Translations under genes and position numbers: made by a program
In this document: positions 51,215-63,854 of the stretch, piece after piece
How the letters are laid out: every line of letters begins with the position of its first letter
Numbering within the stretch: the stretch's first letter is position 1
Origin: Hydrolagus affinis
Lineage: Eukaryota
Direction of reading: 5' to 3'
Length of the DNA: 64,000 nt
Assembly: GCA_012026655.1 (NCBI GenBank)
Contig: JAAILG010000069.1
Coordinates: 1-64,000 of the forward strand
Notes under the pieces: model-generated
Database searches by the model: none
Seen by the model: only the letters and a program-made list of their open reading frames with translations
Told to the model about the DNA's origin: nothing

Positions 51215-52674
51215 TTAAGCGAAAGAAAATATATTTCACGCAAACCCCCATCCACCCCCCACCCCCAAAAAAAGTGACAGAAAGAATGAGTACAAAAGGT
51301 AACAAAGAGAGCGATTTTTCGTAGGTTTATGTCACTATTGTCTGCTGTAAGTGACATTTTCCATCCTTGACAAATTCATGTCAGTTCTCTCCTTTTGGGC
51401 CAAGTTGGGGAAATTAATTTGCTGACAGGCACATGGTGTTTACATTGTCACGCAACATTCAACAGCAAACAACGCAATCCTTCAGCAGGAATTGAATTTA
51501 TAACCACATTACTGCGCTTGATAACGCCTTAAAAGAATGCGGCGATAAGAAAATTCTATTTTATTTCAGGCGAGTATCAAGTCAGCCCATCTGTAACACA
51601 GTCTTCCATAATCATTTTAAATTGGGTTTGCAAACACTGTATATCACGGAATATCTTTGTCGTTGCTCACGATACTTCAACATGTAGTGAATACTGTACT
51701 GTACTGGCCATTTGTTTTTTTTTCGGAGGGAATGGGTGGGGGGGGGATGGTAGAGGCGTGGGGTGGATTTTGAGGGTACCACATCTGTTCAGCCAATCAA
51801 TCACAGTGTCAACAATGAGCTCACAATCCACGCAAGAAATTGAGTTTGCCTCACATGGGAAAATGGAGCAAATTAATAGACCATTACCCAAGCGGTGACC
51901 CACAAAATGAGGGTGGCTGGCTGGGTTAGCTGCTCACATGTTAACCTTAGCCAGCGGGCTGCCGGGGGGAAAGAGAAATATCTTACCATCTTCCCAGATT
52001 AAAATAAAATCAAAAACTAGGCAGAATTGCAGACTGATTTGAGATTGCTTCTCCCCCACCATCGCACCACTTTAATCCATTCCTTCTTTCATTCCGAAAA
52101 TGTAAAGGGTTGCTGTTGCCCTGACCTGCACTCAGGCTATTTTTCTTTTCTTGGCATGTTATTTAATATGCTTTCCCCATTTCCTCTCTTGAGGTCTCAC
52201 TGGCCCATCAATACCAGTCGTAGCCAAGAGGCTAGACAGACATGCACAGTCTGCTCACCGGGCCTCTCTGTCCTTGCTACTCTGTACGTTGCCTCTAGGA
52301 GGAACATAAGAGGAGATGAGGGTGGTGCCTTCAGCATTTGACCTCCCCCTCCCTGCATACAAGCCTCCATTCTGGTTTGTGTTGGAAAGAGATCAAACTT
52401 TCAAACAGATCGAGTCCTACCTCTCTGGTATTGAGGGGGTAAATGTTATATTTATAAACACAAAGATTTAGTTGTGGATCACTTCACTCTTTCCCTTGAA
52501 CATCTGGCCTGGTTTCATGCCCTGTCTCCCGGGTAAGATACAATGGTGAGTCAAACACCAACCCTGTACCATATCCCGCTTGAGAAATTGGAGAACTGGG
52601 GTAAACCGCAGCTTAGTGCAATGTAAATTGTTACTGTTGTTACTGTTGTGCTAACAATATCATTTACAGTAATA

Positions 52675-53207
52675 ATAACAACAACAAAATAATTACATTT
52701 ATATAGCGCCTTTCATGTCAGGAGCATGTCCCAAGGTGCAGGACAGTCAGTGTTTCAGACCTGATCTGGGGTCGGGGATGGGGAGGGTGGAGGGAAAGGG
52801 AGGGATTTGGGCGTGACAATTTGGGGGTGACCGATGGGACTTTTGAAGAGAAGGGTCTTGAGGCAGGACTTGAAGGAGGCCAGGAAGGGTGCGAGGTGGA
52901 GGGATTGCGGGATGGAATTTCAGAGGTTAGGGGCAGAGTGGCTGAAGGCTCGCCCGTCGATGGTTGGGGCAGAACAGGTTGATAGAGGTTGGGAGGTTGC
53001 CAGAAGTAGGGGGTGAGGCCAAGGAAGGTGAGGATCAGCATCTTGAATTAATTCTCTGGGTGATGGTGAGCCAATGGAGTCGGGCGAGACTGGGGGAGAT
53101 GGAGCTTGAAGCAGTAGAGGACACGGGCCGCAGAATTCTGGATTATCTGCAGCCAGTGGAGGGAGGAGTTGGGAAGGCTGCCAAGGAGGGCGTTGGCGAA
53201 GTCGAGT
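52675..53207 (-). mobile_element. 5'-truncated L2-clade LINE (ORF2 C-terminus plus 3' UTR)
   Basis: Minus strand translates LDFANALLGSLPNSSLHWLQIIQNSAARVL and, after a frameshift, LARLHWLTITQRIKFKMLILTF. These are the canonical L2 RLDYCNSLL/LQLVQNSAAR/LHWLP motifs. A (gtt)n tail follows. Confidence 0.93.
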
Positions 53208-54391
53208 GATATTACTTAAAAGTAAGATGTTCTGAAAATCTTTACTGTGACAAGATCGTACGAGCAGAATGACATTTCAGTGAGCACTGTCTTGAGTGGA
53301 CTTGCGTCAGTGAATCCTGCATCCTGTGTTCATCTATTTATCTGTAATGTGCATTACCAACTACACATCTGATGACAGAAAAAAAATGTACATTGTAGGT
53401 GTTGGGAAAAGGACCCTATTTGCTGTTAGGCCATGTGCTATAGTAGAGAGGTAAAGAGTTACTTGGTTAAACATATTAAATCTACAAATGGATTTCTGAA
53501 ATAGAAAGGATGGTTTGAGTACCAGCTACCGACTGCGTGAAGCTTCGCTGCTGGGATTCATTGTGGATTAACACAGACAAGAGGCAGCTCTGTGTTCCTA
53601 GTTCAGGTTGGCATTACAGGTCTTGGTATCTCAACTGTATATCCACACATGACTTATTGCATTCTGAAATCCGCCAGTGAGACTGTTTAGACTGATACTC
53701 AAACAGAACAAGATATCTGGACTTGCTAATGCCTCTTGATGAACCATCGGAGGAAATTACATCTCAGTGCTCTCAGACACAAACTTTATCACCACCATCA
53801 ACATATGTTCATTGATAGGGCAATTTATGATGGCAGGCAATTACAACTCTACAGCTATCTTCAGCACATTACTGCCTGAACAGGTATATTTTTGGGTGGG
53901 AGGGGGTCCAATTTGAAGACCAGTGCAGACCCTGCTTAGATTTAAGGGCTTTGAGTGATGGCTGGCTGATTGAAACCAAACCATTTTTGTTCATTGCTTG
54001 GGCTAGGATAATACTTTTAAGTGAATTACATCTGCACAGCACTAAAACTTCATCCTCTCTGCTGCTCATTAGAATTTCATTGAATTCTTAAGGACTCATA
54101 CTTGCCAAGGTCAGACCACTGCCAAGAGTGTGATTTTACGAGGGTGAAAAGCAGACAGATTGGAAACCCATTGAAATGAATGGAACTTTGCTCAACGTTG
54201 ACTGTTGGACACTGGAATATGCAACATGTCCTTCTGCTCTCCACACACACACACATATACACTGAAATACTGTCTTCTCTTCTCACACCAAATCTGGATG
54301 CCAATCCAACCTCAAGTCTGGGATTTCATTCTCTTCTCTCATTTGAATGTTTATTGATTTTATTAGGGAAATGTTACTATTGATAACCTGT

Positions 54392-54460
54392 AACAACAAC
54401 AACAACAAATTACATTTATAGAGCGCCTTTCACGTCGGGAGGACGTCCCAAGGCGCTGCA
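54392..54460 (-). mobile_element. L2 tail fragment
   Basis: (aac)n aaattacatttatagagcgcctttcacgtcgggaggacgtcccaaggcgct. Confidence 0.8.
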
Positions 54461-55809
54461 CATGGGGAGTGTAGATCGGAAATGTGGCCAGTGCTACATG
54501 GCAGAGCTCAGTAACTTGGATCTTTTTCGAGAGTCATTTTCCAGACTGAATCTGGATTGAATATGATCGTCTGTTCACCATCAGACAATATTATTTCTCT
54601 GGTGCAAGCAATTGATTCAGCTCTAATTTGGGTCGTTGCTGGATCCATAGTCAGAAAAAAATACTGCCATTGTCCTATTTGCCTTTTGGAGAAATATTAG
54701 TAATATAAAAACAGCATAAAGTAACACAAGTTGAATCATTTTGGATCTACAGTAAGTTCCAGCAGCCGAAAATGCAGACAGAAATGCCTATATAATTCTG
54801 CTTTGGACTTATAATAAGGTGTTTGGAACTCAGGTTTAAATATACCCAACATGACAGTGGTTTTCCTATTAAAGAGAAAATATGCAACAGCTATGCAGAA
54901 CCTTTGGTGAGTCATGGATATTTTGTTGCAATTAAAATCTTGAAAAGAAATTTCAAACAAGAAAGCTCTATTGTAAAATGCATGTTTTTCAGTTGCTATG
55001 AGTCAACTAACTGTTACCAGCAGTCATCGTAGACGAAAGGTCAGGGAGGAACCTACCATGTGTATTATTGACAATAAAAGTGCCAATTGAACTAAAAGAT
55101 GTTTTGACAGGCAGGGTCAGTGGTACAGAAATTCCGACGTTAAAACTAATTTTGTTCCTTTTATACAGTATTTTACTGTTTAAGGAAGCTGATAACACAG
55201 CGTCTGAAATATCGATTGGAAGGAATTACTAACCCAGACAGTTGGTCAAGACAAAGTTTTTTTTTAAAACTTCAAGAATTAAACGTTCCGTACTGTGAAG
55301 AATAATTTCTAAGCATGTTTTATTCAATATCTTGATATTATGATATACAATATCAGTTATTCAGTCCATGTTTCCTTGGGAGCAAGTCCCAGAATTTGAC
55401 CAGAATGTCTTGGGACCCAACAATTGAATGAAAATCAAATGGTGCCTTGATTCAGTGGTTACTTTCTTAATGACCAGCTACAGGGCTACACTGGCAGCTC
55501 GCTATCACACCAGTCTCTCCTCTCAGCTGGCAGATGATTTGCAGTTAAGGGGGAAGTGACCTAAAAAAAACTTTGACACAGAGGAAGAAATAAATTTTGA
55601 AAACTGAAATGGTAGAAAGCTAAAATACATTTTTAGTTTTTTTTTAAAAATGTTCTTTTAGAATTGTAAAAGTATACCAAATTGTAACTTTCATCCAGCT
55701 GTTTAAAACTATATACCAGTACAAATCAATTCTAGTACAATTTTTTTGTGTGACAGTGTTACAGTAGATCTATTACCTTTCAGAAAAATTAAGAGAATAA
55801 TACATAGTA

Positions 55810-55985
55810 TTGTAATCCTTGCATTTGATATAGCGCCTTATCACATTTTTGAGACATCCCAAAACGCTTCACTGTCCATATTGTAAAGTGAATTAACTGT
55901 GTATTTTGTGGGCGAAATGTGCCATCCAATTGCACACAGCAGTGTCCCACAAACAGTCGTGGATTGTGTGATCAAATTATTATCC
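55810..55985 (-). mobile_element. 5'-truncated SINE
   Basis: aatccttgcatttgatatagcgcc...ccaattgcacacagcagtgtcccacaaacagtcgtgg. Confidence 0.88.
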
Positions 55986-58541
55986 TTTTTATTTTGTATA
56001 AAAGACAGAATCAATGAATCGATGAAAGTGCTCTTTGAGATGGGGAAGAGCCTTTGTAAAAGAGCCAAGCTTGTCTTTTTTTCATTCTCCCTCATGCATG
56101 GGTGGCAGGATTAATTACCAGGGCCAATTTGGTGTTTATACTGTGATGTTTTAACTAATTACGTCTAATGACAGACAACAGCGGTTGATCGTGTTAATTT
56201 AATTCCTACAACACTCATTAAGCTCAGTGGGAGTTTACCAGTAAGTTCCAGTGCGTGGTTTTAACCATAACTTGTCGCTATCCATATCAGGCAGTCAGAA
56301 CATCATAATCATCTCAGCTTTGGACTTAAATAAAAATTGCGAGGAATGTAGAACTTTAGAAGCATTTGTAAAAAATGCCATATTACAAATTTGAACAGTA
56401 AATTACCAATCGGGTCTTTGTATACAAAAAATCAATATTACAAACTGTTTGGGATATTTTAATATAATTTAATTCTTTTTGTACCAGTGAGTGCTTATAA
56501 TATTAGTGAAGGTACTTAAGGCAGCCCGACAGTGTAAGGGTGCTTAATTAATATGAAATTATTATTTTTTTAATGTTATTTTGGCTAAGGACAGCATTTT
56601 GAATGTAATTACAATTGTACAAATGTATTTATGTGCTGTATAAACTGTATGCTAATTTACTACGTTGGACAATTTTGCAGGATTTTGTAACAGGATTTCT
56701 TAATTAAGGAATCTGAACAGATACTTTTTTCTGGCAGCCAAAAGTGCATCAGGGAAACCCTGCTCTGAAAATAGGTCAAGTTGGGAGCATCGCACTTGTC
56801 ACCATCACTGACTACCAGATTTCTTAATTGAGAAATCCTCTTAAGAAATACCACACAAAATGACCCCCATTATAGGCAATGTATGGTTTTACACAAAGGT
56901 GACGTGTGTTTGCACAAGACACCTTGTATTGAAAAACACACCAGCACAAGTCAATACAGATTCCAATACCACACTGGACAAATGGAGAAACCCAAGTTAG
57001 GATTAGGAGAGGCCAGCTTCAATATTTTGAGACGCAACGCTAGATTAAGAAAACATTTATTTACAGCATCGATTTTGATTTGGAAAAGAAGCCTAGGTGC
57101 AAAACACTGCAGGGCTTGCCAAAGCATTGTGTGTTTAGAGTTTTAACGTCCTAAGGTTACCCACACAAAGCCCTCAGGACCCGAAGAGCAGAAAAGGTCC
57201 TAATTGACAGTTTTCTGTCTGGGCTCTGCCAAGCACTGAGAAGCTCACGCTGGTATCAGCCTAATCCTCACTCTTTGATTACTGGATGTGCAGTGAAGTA
57301 CTGAGGGCTTACTCCTGTAACACACTGTCAGACCTTCGGCACATAGCTCACCCTGCATTACACCACTGACACTTCAAGCTTTTCATGATTGAATAGTCAT
57401 GCTGATCAGCGTTTGAAGAAATAATCATAAAAAAAAATGGAATGTCATATCTGTTTCAAAGTTTTGCTTTTGCCTTGTTCCTCAATTTTAAAGTTCAGGC
57501 TCTCCACTTGCACTGTGTGTTGCTCTCCAGTGCTGGGACAGGGAAAGCCTGACAGGGTACAGTGACAGTGTGTGCCTGAAATGGGTCAATGCTTCAGAAT
57601 AGACGTATAAACTGTTGTATGGACGGGGATTCGAGTTGTCGCCCTTGCACGGAGAATACACTCACTTCGCTCAACTAAAATGGGAGTTTATAGAAATTTT
57701 GAAATCAAATCCCTCTTCCATTGAAAACCAATTGTATAAAAAGGGCATTGAGATAGAAAAAGGGAGCTGGGAATAGACGAGATAGCACAATAGCCTGGAT
57801 GGGCTCCTTCTGTGCTGAAATGTCTCTGAAATGTTTACATAGGTGGCATTGGAGACGCTCGCTCCAACATAGCATGGCGTCGTTTGAAGGCACAGATGGT
57901 CTTTTGCTTAATAATAATCCTTGCTTAAGGGGAAGTTTCTGTTCTGCCTTTTGCTCCTGGGGGAGCTGCTCAGCAGTTACTGAACCAGGTGCTTTCTCAA
58001 GGGGGAAGGGAGAAATCAGAGCGGAGGTCACCCCTATTCAGCACTTCAACACACTACCTTACTACTAGTTTAAGATCAGCCTTGGCAGAGGCCTGGGAGT
58101 AATTGCCTGCCCACCTTGTCACCCTGGGAACTGTGTACGGTGGAGAAGGAGCTAAAGAGTGCAGAGAAAATAATGTATGTATATTAATAAAAACAGCTTC
58201 ACCACATCAGCCAAACCCAAACTAGGTGCATCATTGGACCAACAACCTGAAAATTCCTAAAATTCTTAGGGGTAAAAAGGTTAATGTTCCAATATTGTCT
58301 GAATCAATAGTCCATTATGTCAAGGCTCAAACATGAATAATGGCCACTGGAGCGCAGTATCAGAGGGCAACCAGAGCCTGCGGAACCGTACCCCAAGAGA
58401 AGAAAAATACAAGTTGAATGCCGTGGGAGGTGGGGGGTGGGGGAGAGAAAACCGATTGGAAAGATTGCCGCTAATTTAAACAGTTGTCGATGACAGAGCT
58501 CAGACCTGCCTTGCGATAGGTGTAGTGTGAAACAGCCTTAG

Positions 58542-58612
58542 TGGATGTTAAGAACAAAGTTCTTAACATCCATTATCAGGGATAACAAAGTTATCAAAGT
58601 TATCCCTGATAA
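58542..58612. repeat. Two abutting perfect 14-bp inverted repeats
   Basis: tggatgttaagaac-aaa-gttcttaacatcca immediately followed by ttatcagggataac-aaagttatcaaa-gttatccctgataa. Confidence 0.95.
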
Positions 58613-58700
58613 AGTATGTGATTTCCAGAATTCCACATTTCATCATGTGAGACTTACTGCAGCAGGATATAGTGTCACAAAGTGTCAGGTGGAGAGAGGA

Positions 58701-58965
58701 GGCAGGTCAGAGCGAAACCTTGGACAAATTTCCTTACTCCACACACCTAATAATAACTTGTCCAAAAAAACCTATAATAACTTGGTCACTCGGCCCACAA
58801 TTGTTTGTGGGGGACGCTGCTGTGCGCAATTGGCTGCTGCGTTTCGCCCACAAATAAACAGTCAATTCACTTTACAATATATTCTGTGAAGCGCTTTGAG
58901 ACGGCTAGAAGACATGAAAAGCGCTATATCAAATGCCAGGTTTATTATTATTATTATTATTATTA
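58701..58965 (+). mobile_element. SINE lacking most of the tRNA head
   Basis: ggcaggtcagagcgaaaccttgg...gcgctatatcaaatgccagg(att)n. Confidence 0.9.
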
Positions 58966-59210
58966 TGAGTCAATATAGAGGCACTTCTATCAGCAGTGAA
59001 TTGGGTAAAAACAGGAGTGGAGAATAGGAGTTAGCCCCCAGCACAGACTAATATGAAAGCAGCGTTGCTCTCGAAGTCTCAATATAGTGCTTGTTTATAT
59101 GGTCAGACAGCCGGATGTTTGACACATGCAGACACCTATCACTGTGCTTAAGAGTATCCAAACCAAGCTGAGAGTTCCATGCAGCCCACCCACATATGGA
59201 AATCCCAGAG

Positions 59211-59275
59211 AAACAACAACAACAAAATTACATTGATAGAGCGCCTTTCACATCAGGAGGACGTCCCAAAGGGCT
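59211..59275 (-). mobile_element. L2 tail fragment
   Basis: (aac)n aaaattacattgatagagcgcctttcacatcaggaggacgtccc. Confidence 0.78.
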
Positions 59276-59337
59276 GATAGATTGTTAGAATAGAATTGAT
59301 TAGCCCTGGGAACTGTATTTTGTGTGGAGACTGAAAA

Positions 59338-59610
59338 GAATCATAGACTCATAGAATTATACAGTGCAGAAGAAGGCCATTCGGCCCATCGTGTCTGTGC
59401 CGGCTCTTTGAAAAAAGCTTTTCAAAATTAATCCTACTTCCCCGCACTCTCCCCATAGCCATGCAAACCTGTCCTCCCCAAATGCCTATCAACTCCTCTC
59501 TTAAAGGTTGTTATTGAATCAGCTTCCACCATCCTTTCAGGCACTGCACATTCCAGATCTAAACAACTCACTGTGTGAAAAATTTCTCCTCACCTCCCCT
59601 TTATTTCTTT
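59338..59610 (-). mobile_element. CR1-clade LINE 3' fragment
   Basis: gaatcatagactcatagaa tail and gaaggccattcggcccatcgtgtctgtgccggctctttg, a reverse-complement homolog of 8049-8345. Confidence 0.88.
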
Positions 59611-61034
59611 TAAAAGACATTCAATGAGACAACGCAAGACTTGAATAAATTCATCCAAGCAGTGAGAAAGTACAGTGAATTAATGAATTCATTTAAGAAA
59701 GTGGAAATGCTTAATATCACTTTGAGGACATAAAATAAATCTGGTAAACGTACTACTTTGCAATTCACAAGTGTTGCACTTTCTGTCTGTGCGGGGCTGG
59801 GTGTGATGGTATGGATCTCTGTGTTGTATTCCTGCCACTCTTTAAATTACCACAATTAGACTGCAATAATTGGATCATCAAAGCAGGCAATCATTGTCAC
59901 TTATTTAGAGACAAAAACTCCACTGCTCTCTGCCAGACATCATTACTTGGAAATGCAGAATCATTTCACAGCGAGCAATGTATAGAGAACAACATCCCCC
60001 CCAAAAAAAACACCCACCAAAAGAAAAAGTCAACATGTTTCATCACGGACTGCATATTTCTGGTATACAAATGAATTAATTAAGCCTAACAATTTAATTT
60101 CTGCTTCGAGCCAAAATCTAGTTAGTGTGTACCTTTCATGATTCATCTGCACCCAGCCTCAACAGATGTATCCACATGATGTTATAAAATACAAAGGCCT
60201 TGCTTTTTTTTGATAGGTCCTGTCTTGCAAATTCTATAATTTGATGGCTAAACGGTGAATAAATCGTTCTTTGCATTTGTAGCGAACTAATGGTTAAAAC
60301 ACCAATAATAGTCACAGCACATTTGACAGCACACAGCAACTTCACATAAATAGGGCCAAATTGAAAAGACAAATGGCCCATTCCTTTCCCATTTTTGTTT
60401 ATTTATTTTTAGTGATGTCTGGAAGGATTCACTGCAATAATACCTCATCCACCAAACTATATGTGTATGTGTGTGCCTGTATGTAACTTCATCCATTCTT
60501 CTATCCTTGTGAAAGCTCACAGGTTTCCCAAAAGGAAATTAAAGCCAGGAAACGCATGTCAAACCTACAGTATATCTTAAGAGTTATTGTAACATTTATC
60601 ACCCAATGATTCTCCAGTTATAGAAGCAGTGGCTGAACTTCAGGAGATGTCCTAATCTTGTCTGCTTACCACTGTCTAAATACAGAGCTCCCAATGTGCC
60701 CTGAATTTATAGGATCATTCGTTAAATTTACAGGATCGATTACCACAATTACCCTCATTGCTCTGCATCCTGAGCAGATTGGAGGCAATTGTGGTGCAGA
60801 ATATACTGTGGTATCTTTCCAGCTCAGTGGTTAGAGCACTCGCCTTACACCTGTGTTCGATTCCAGGCGGATCAAGGCAGATCTTGAGCAAGTTTCCTTA
60901 CTCCATACACCTAATAATAATCCGTCCAAAAAAAATGTAATAAAATTGGTCATTTCAATCCACGATTGTTTGTGGGAATACTGCTGTGTGCAATTGACTG
61001 CCGCACAACTATACAGCCAATTCACTTTGCAGTA

Positions 61035-61262
61035 ACAAAAACAGAAGTTGCTGGGGAAACTCAGCAGGTCAGGCAGCATCCATGGAGAAAGGAAAAAGAG
61101 TCAACGTTTCAGGTCAGAACTTGAGTTCTGACACAGGGTTGTAGACCCGAAACGTTGACTCCTTTTCCTTTCTTCATGGATGCTGCCTGACCTGCTGAGT
61201 TTCCCCAGCAACTTCTGTTTTGGTTTCAGATTCGCAGCATCTGTAGTATTTTGTGTTTAGTT
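61035..61262. mobile_element. Penelope-like fold-back (inverted pseudo-LTR) insertion nested in a SINE
   Basis: Inverted arms 61038-61121 and 61124-61221 (3 mismatches over ~78 bp plus one 14-nt indel), with a ~40-nt unpaired 3' extension. Host ACTTT(G/A)CA(G/A)TA is duplicated at 61024-61034 and 61263-61273. Confidence 0.75.
61123..61161 (+). ncRNA. Degenerate minimal type I hammerhead ribozyme motif
   Basis: GAGTT-CTGACAC-AGGGTT-GTA-GACCC-GAAACGTT-GACTC. Stem I GAGTT/GACTC, stem II GGGTT/GACCC, GAAA box and palindromic AACGTT stem III are present. The CUGANGA box is mutated to CUGACAC. Confidence 0.6.
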
Positions 61263-61592
61263 ACTTTACAATATATTCTGTGAAGCACTTGGAGACATCG
61301 ATAAGATGTGAAAAGCACTATAGGAAATGCAAGGATTATTATTATTTTTATTATTACTCTCAGTGGAAAGTGCGGATGTGACAAAATGAAGAAAGCTTCA
61401 ATAACTACTAATTTCACTGTACTATGAGGCAAGAGGGTAGATTTAGGGTTTAGTATGAGAATAGTTTCAGGTTCATGGTTAAGCACTAAGGAGAGTTTTA
61501 GGATCCAATGTAAAAAGTTTTATCGTTTGGAACAATTTTACAATTCAAAGTAAGTTTAGTTTTAGAGTTAGAAACTAGTTTTGGTAATTAGA

Positions 61593-61702
61593 TAATAATA
61601 ATAACCCTTCCAGTTGATATAGCACCTTATCACGTCGTCGAGGCATCTTAAAACAATTTACAGAATATACTGTAAAGTGTAGTGACTGTGTGTTTTGTGG
61701 TG
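61593..61702 (-). mobile_element. SINE 3' fragment
   Basis: (aat)n aacccttccagttgatatagcacc...gaatatactgtaaagtg. Confidence 0.8.
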
Positions 61703-61919
61703 CCCCTGACAGCAACAATAAACAACCAGTCTGTGAGAACACATGCCTGTTAATCAGCCACTAACAGTTGCGGTAGCATTCAAAACCAATGGGGTGTTAC
61801 AACACAGCGATTTTATAAACAGGGTTGGCAAAATTGACAGAAAGTCCCACTTTAATATTCCAGTAGCCATTTGGAGGCTCTTTGAAGTGACATATCAAAC
61901 CGAAAACAAAGCAGGAGTC

Positions 61920-62130
61920 ATAATAATCCCTGCATTTGCATTTGATATAGCGCTTTTCATGTCTTCTAGACATCAAAAAGCGCTTCACATAATATACTGT
62001 AAAGTGAATTGACTGTATATATTTGTGGGCGAAACTCGGCAGCCAATTGTGAACTGCTGCATCCCCCACAAACAGTCGTGGAATGAAATGACCAATTTTA
62101 TTATTGTGGTTTTTTTTAGAGGGATTATCA
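61920..62130 (-). mobile_element. 5'-truncated SINE
   Basis: ataatccctgcatttgcatttgatatagcgc...agagggattatca. Confidence 0.9.
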
Positions 62131-63854
62131 ACCATATGTTTTCTAAGCTGCAGGCACCAGGCTGAGGACAGTGTTATGATATGAGCACATGATGTGATTT
62201 TTTCTAGAGTTGCAAGCAACAAAGTAGAAGAAGGTCCACTGGGCTATAGCAGCAGTACAGGAGCCTGGCTCTGGGCTGACACTGTCCAACTGTCCATCTT
62301 CTCAATCCAGTATACAAGGTACAGTAATAACCCTTTGTAATCTGCATGAGCATTTCTGGACCAGAATCAATTGTATTTGAAGTTTATTTGCCCAAACTGC
62401 TGTCAATTGTAAGCATTCTGTACCTTCTTTTAATGGTATCTGTGTTGTAGACATAATCTCAGTTTAGATAAACTCATGTTATCACATCCAATACTGTAAA
62501 CTAGGAAAAAATGTCACACGTTGCGAATGCATCATGCCCAGAGCAATATTTTTGTATCGAGGAAATAAAACTAGCGACACGTGAGGCCAAAGTAGCCCAT
62601 GGTGCCTGCCACTGCTGGATGCCTGTTAAAAGCTCCTAAATCTTGAGTCAGACACACAATAAAAGCAGGCGAGCCCTTGCACACCTCGTGAGACAGACAT
62701 TCAGCCACACCTGGTTTCTACTTCAGTTCAAAAAAACATTTGCTGACAAAAGTTCAAAACAATGTTTTTTTCCCCCAAAAAGTTTAAATAAATTAAAACC
62801 AGAATTCAGAAACGCATTGTACGAACGGAATACTGAGCGACAAAAGGTTATGTGAGAACAACAACAACAGAAATACATATTACATATTATATTATAAATG
62901 ACATAGTGCCTTTCAAATGTAATTTTGTTGTTGTTGTTGTTCTCACCTAGGGAAACTTTATGTGCTGTCGACATTTATTTGTGAGACCCACTTAACATCC
63001 TTATGGATTTAAATCTCCCCCGCCCATTCCTTTAAATATCCTTCACTTATCATCATGGAACAACAGATATTTAGTGGTTAAGAAACTCCCACATGTCAAT
63101 TGATGGGGAAAGTATGAGTGTTTTAAAAAGTAGGCCAAAAGGAAATCTTTTGACACTCAAAGAGATAATCAGATGTCATCCCGCTGCATTTCTCTCCATA
63201 GATACACTAATATTTAGTCACATATCAAATGCCCAAGAAAGAATTAGATCAATATTTGGCAGCTTGTTGCTGGCAGGAAAAAAATGCCCGTAAATACAAT
63301 GCGAGCAGTGCTCTTGTAATGTATCACCTACAGACAGACCAAATCAGCTTCTGTACTGCTACATGTCTCCATACATGTGAAGCTTTAATCTCTCCCCACT
63401 GACCAATCCAGACTGATACTGCAAAGAATTGCTGGAACAGAAATGGTGGTTTTATGTACTTTAACCCTGCGACCTTTACAAATCCCATTCTTCCAATCAA
63501 TAAGTCTCATTAGCGTTAGGTAAATGTATGGGATGGGCCTGTGATCTCACGGCAGGAGCTGATCAGACAGCCTGATAAGCAACAAAGGCAAACTGCAATA
63601 ATGTGCAAACCGTATGCTTGGTTAGTCAATTTCTGTTTTTGTCTGTCTCCTGAAAAGGGTGATGGATAGGAGGGAGAGAATTTTTGGATTGCGTGGGCTA
63701 CTTCTCAGAAATAAATATTTCAACCGTAAAAACCTTCACGCTTTTGTCAGACTTGTGTCAATTTGCACATCTCTTCCCAGCCTAAACTCAAAGAAGGCAC
63801 TGTTTCATACTGTACGGTGCAAATAAAGAGAAAGAATACATCTTACAACTAGAT

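Larger units (their letters stand above)
60820..61355 (+). mobile_element. Full-length SINE split by a nested insertion
   Basis: Head agctcagtggttagagcactcgccttac. The body ends at 61034, resumes at 61263 and finishes with aaatgcaaggattattatt. Confidence 0.9.

Noticed and set aside
52718-53209. Three overlapping ORFs of 60-107 aa
   Set aside because: They are off-frame or antisense readings of a frameshifted L2 ORF2 fragment.
2808-62130. Recurrent similar short ORFs (e.g. [30 protein letters not shown]) suggesting a peptide family or CRISPR-like array
   Set aside because: All are translations of dispersed SINE copies. Spacing is irregular and both orientations occur, and the DNA is eukaryotic.
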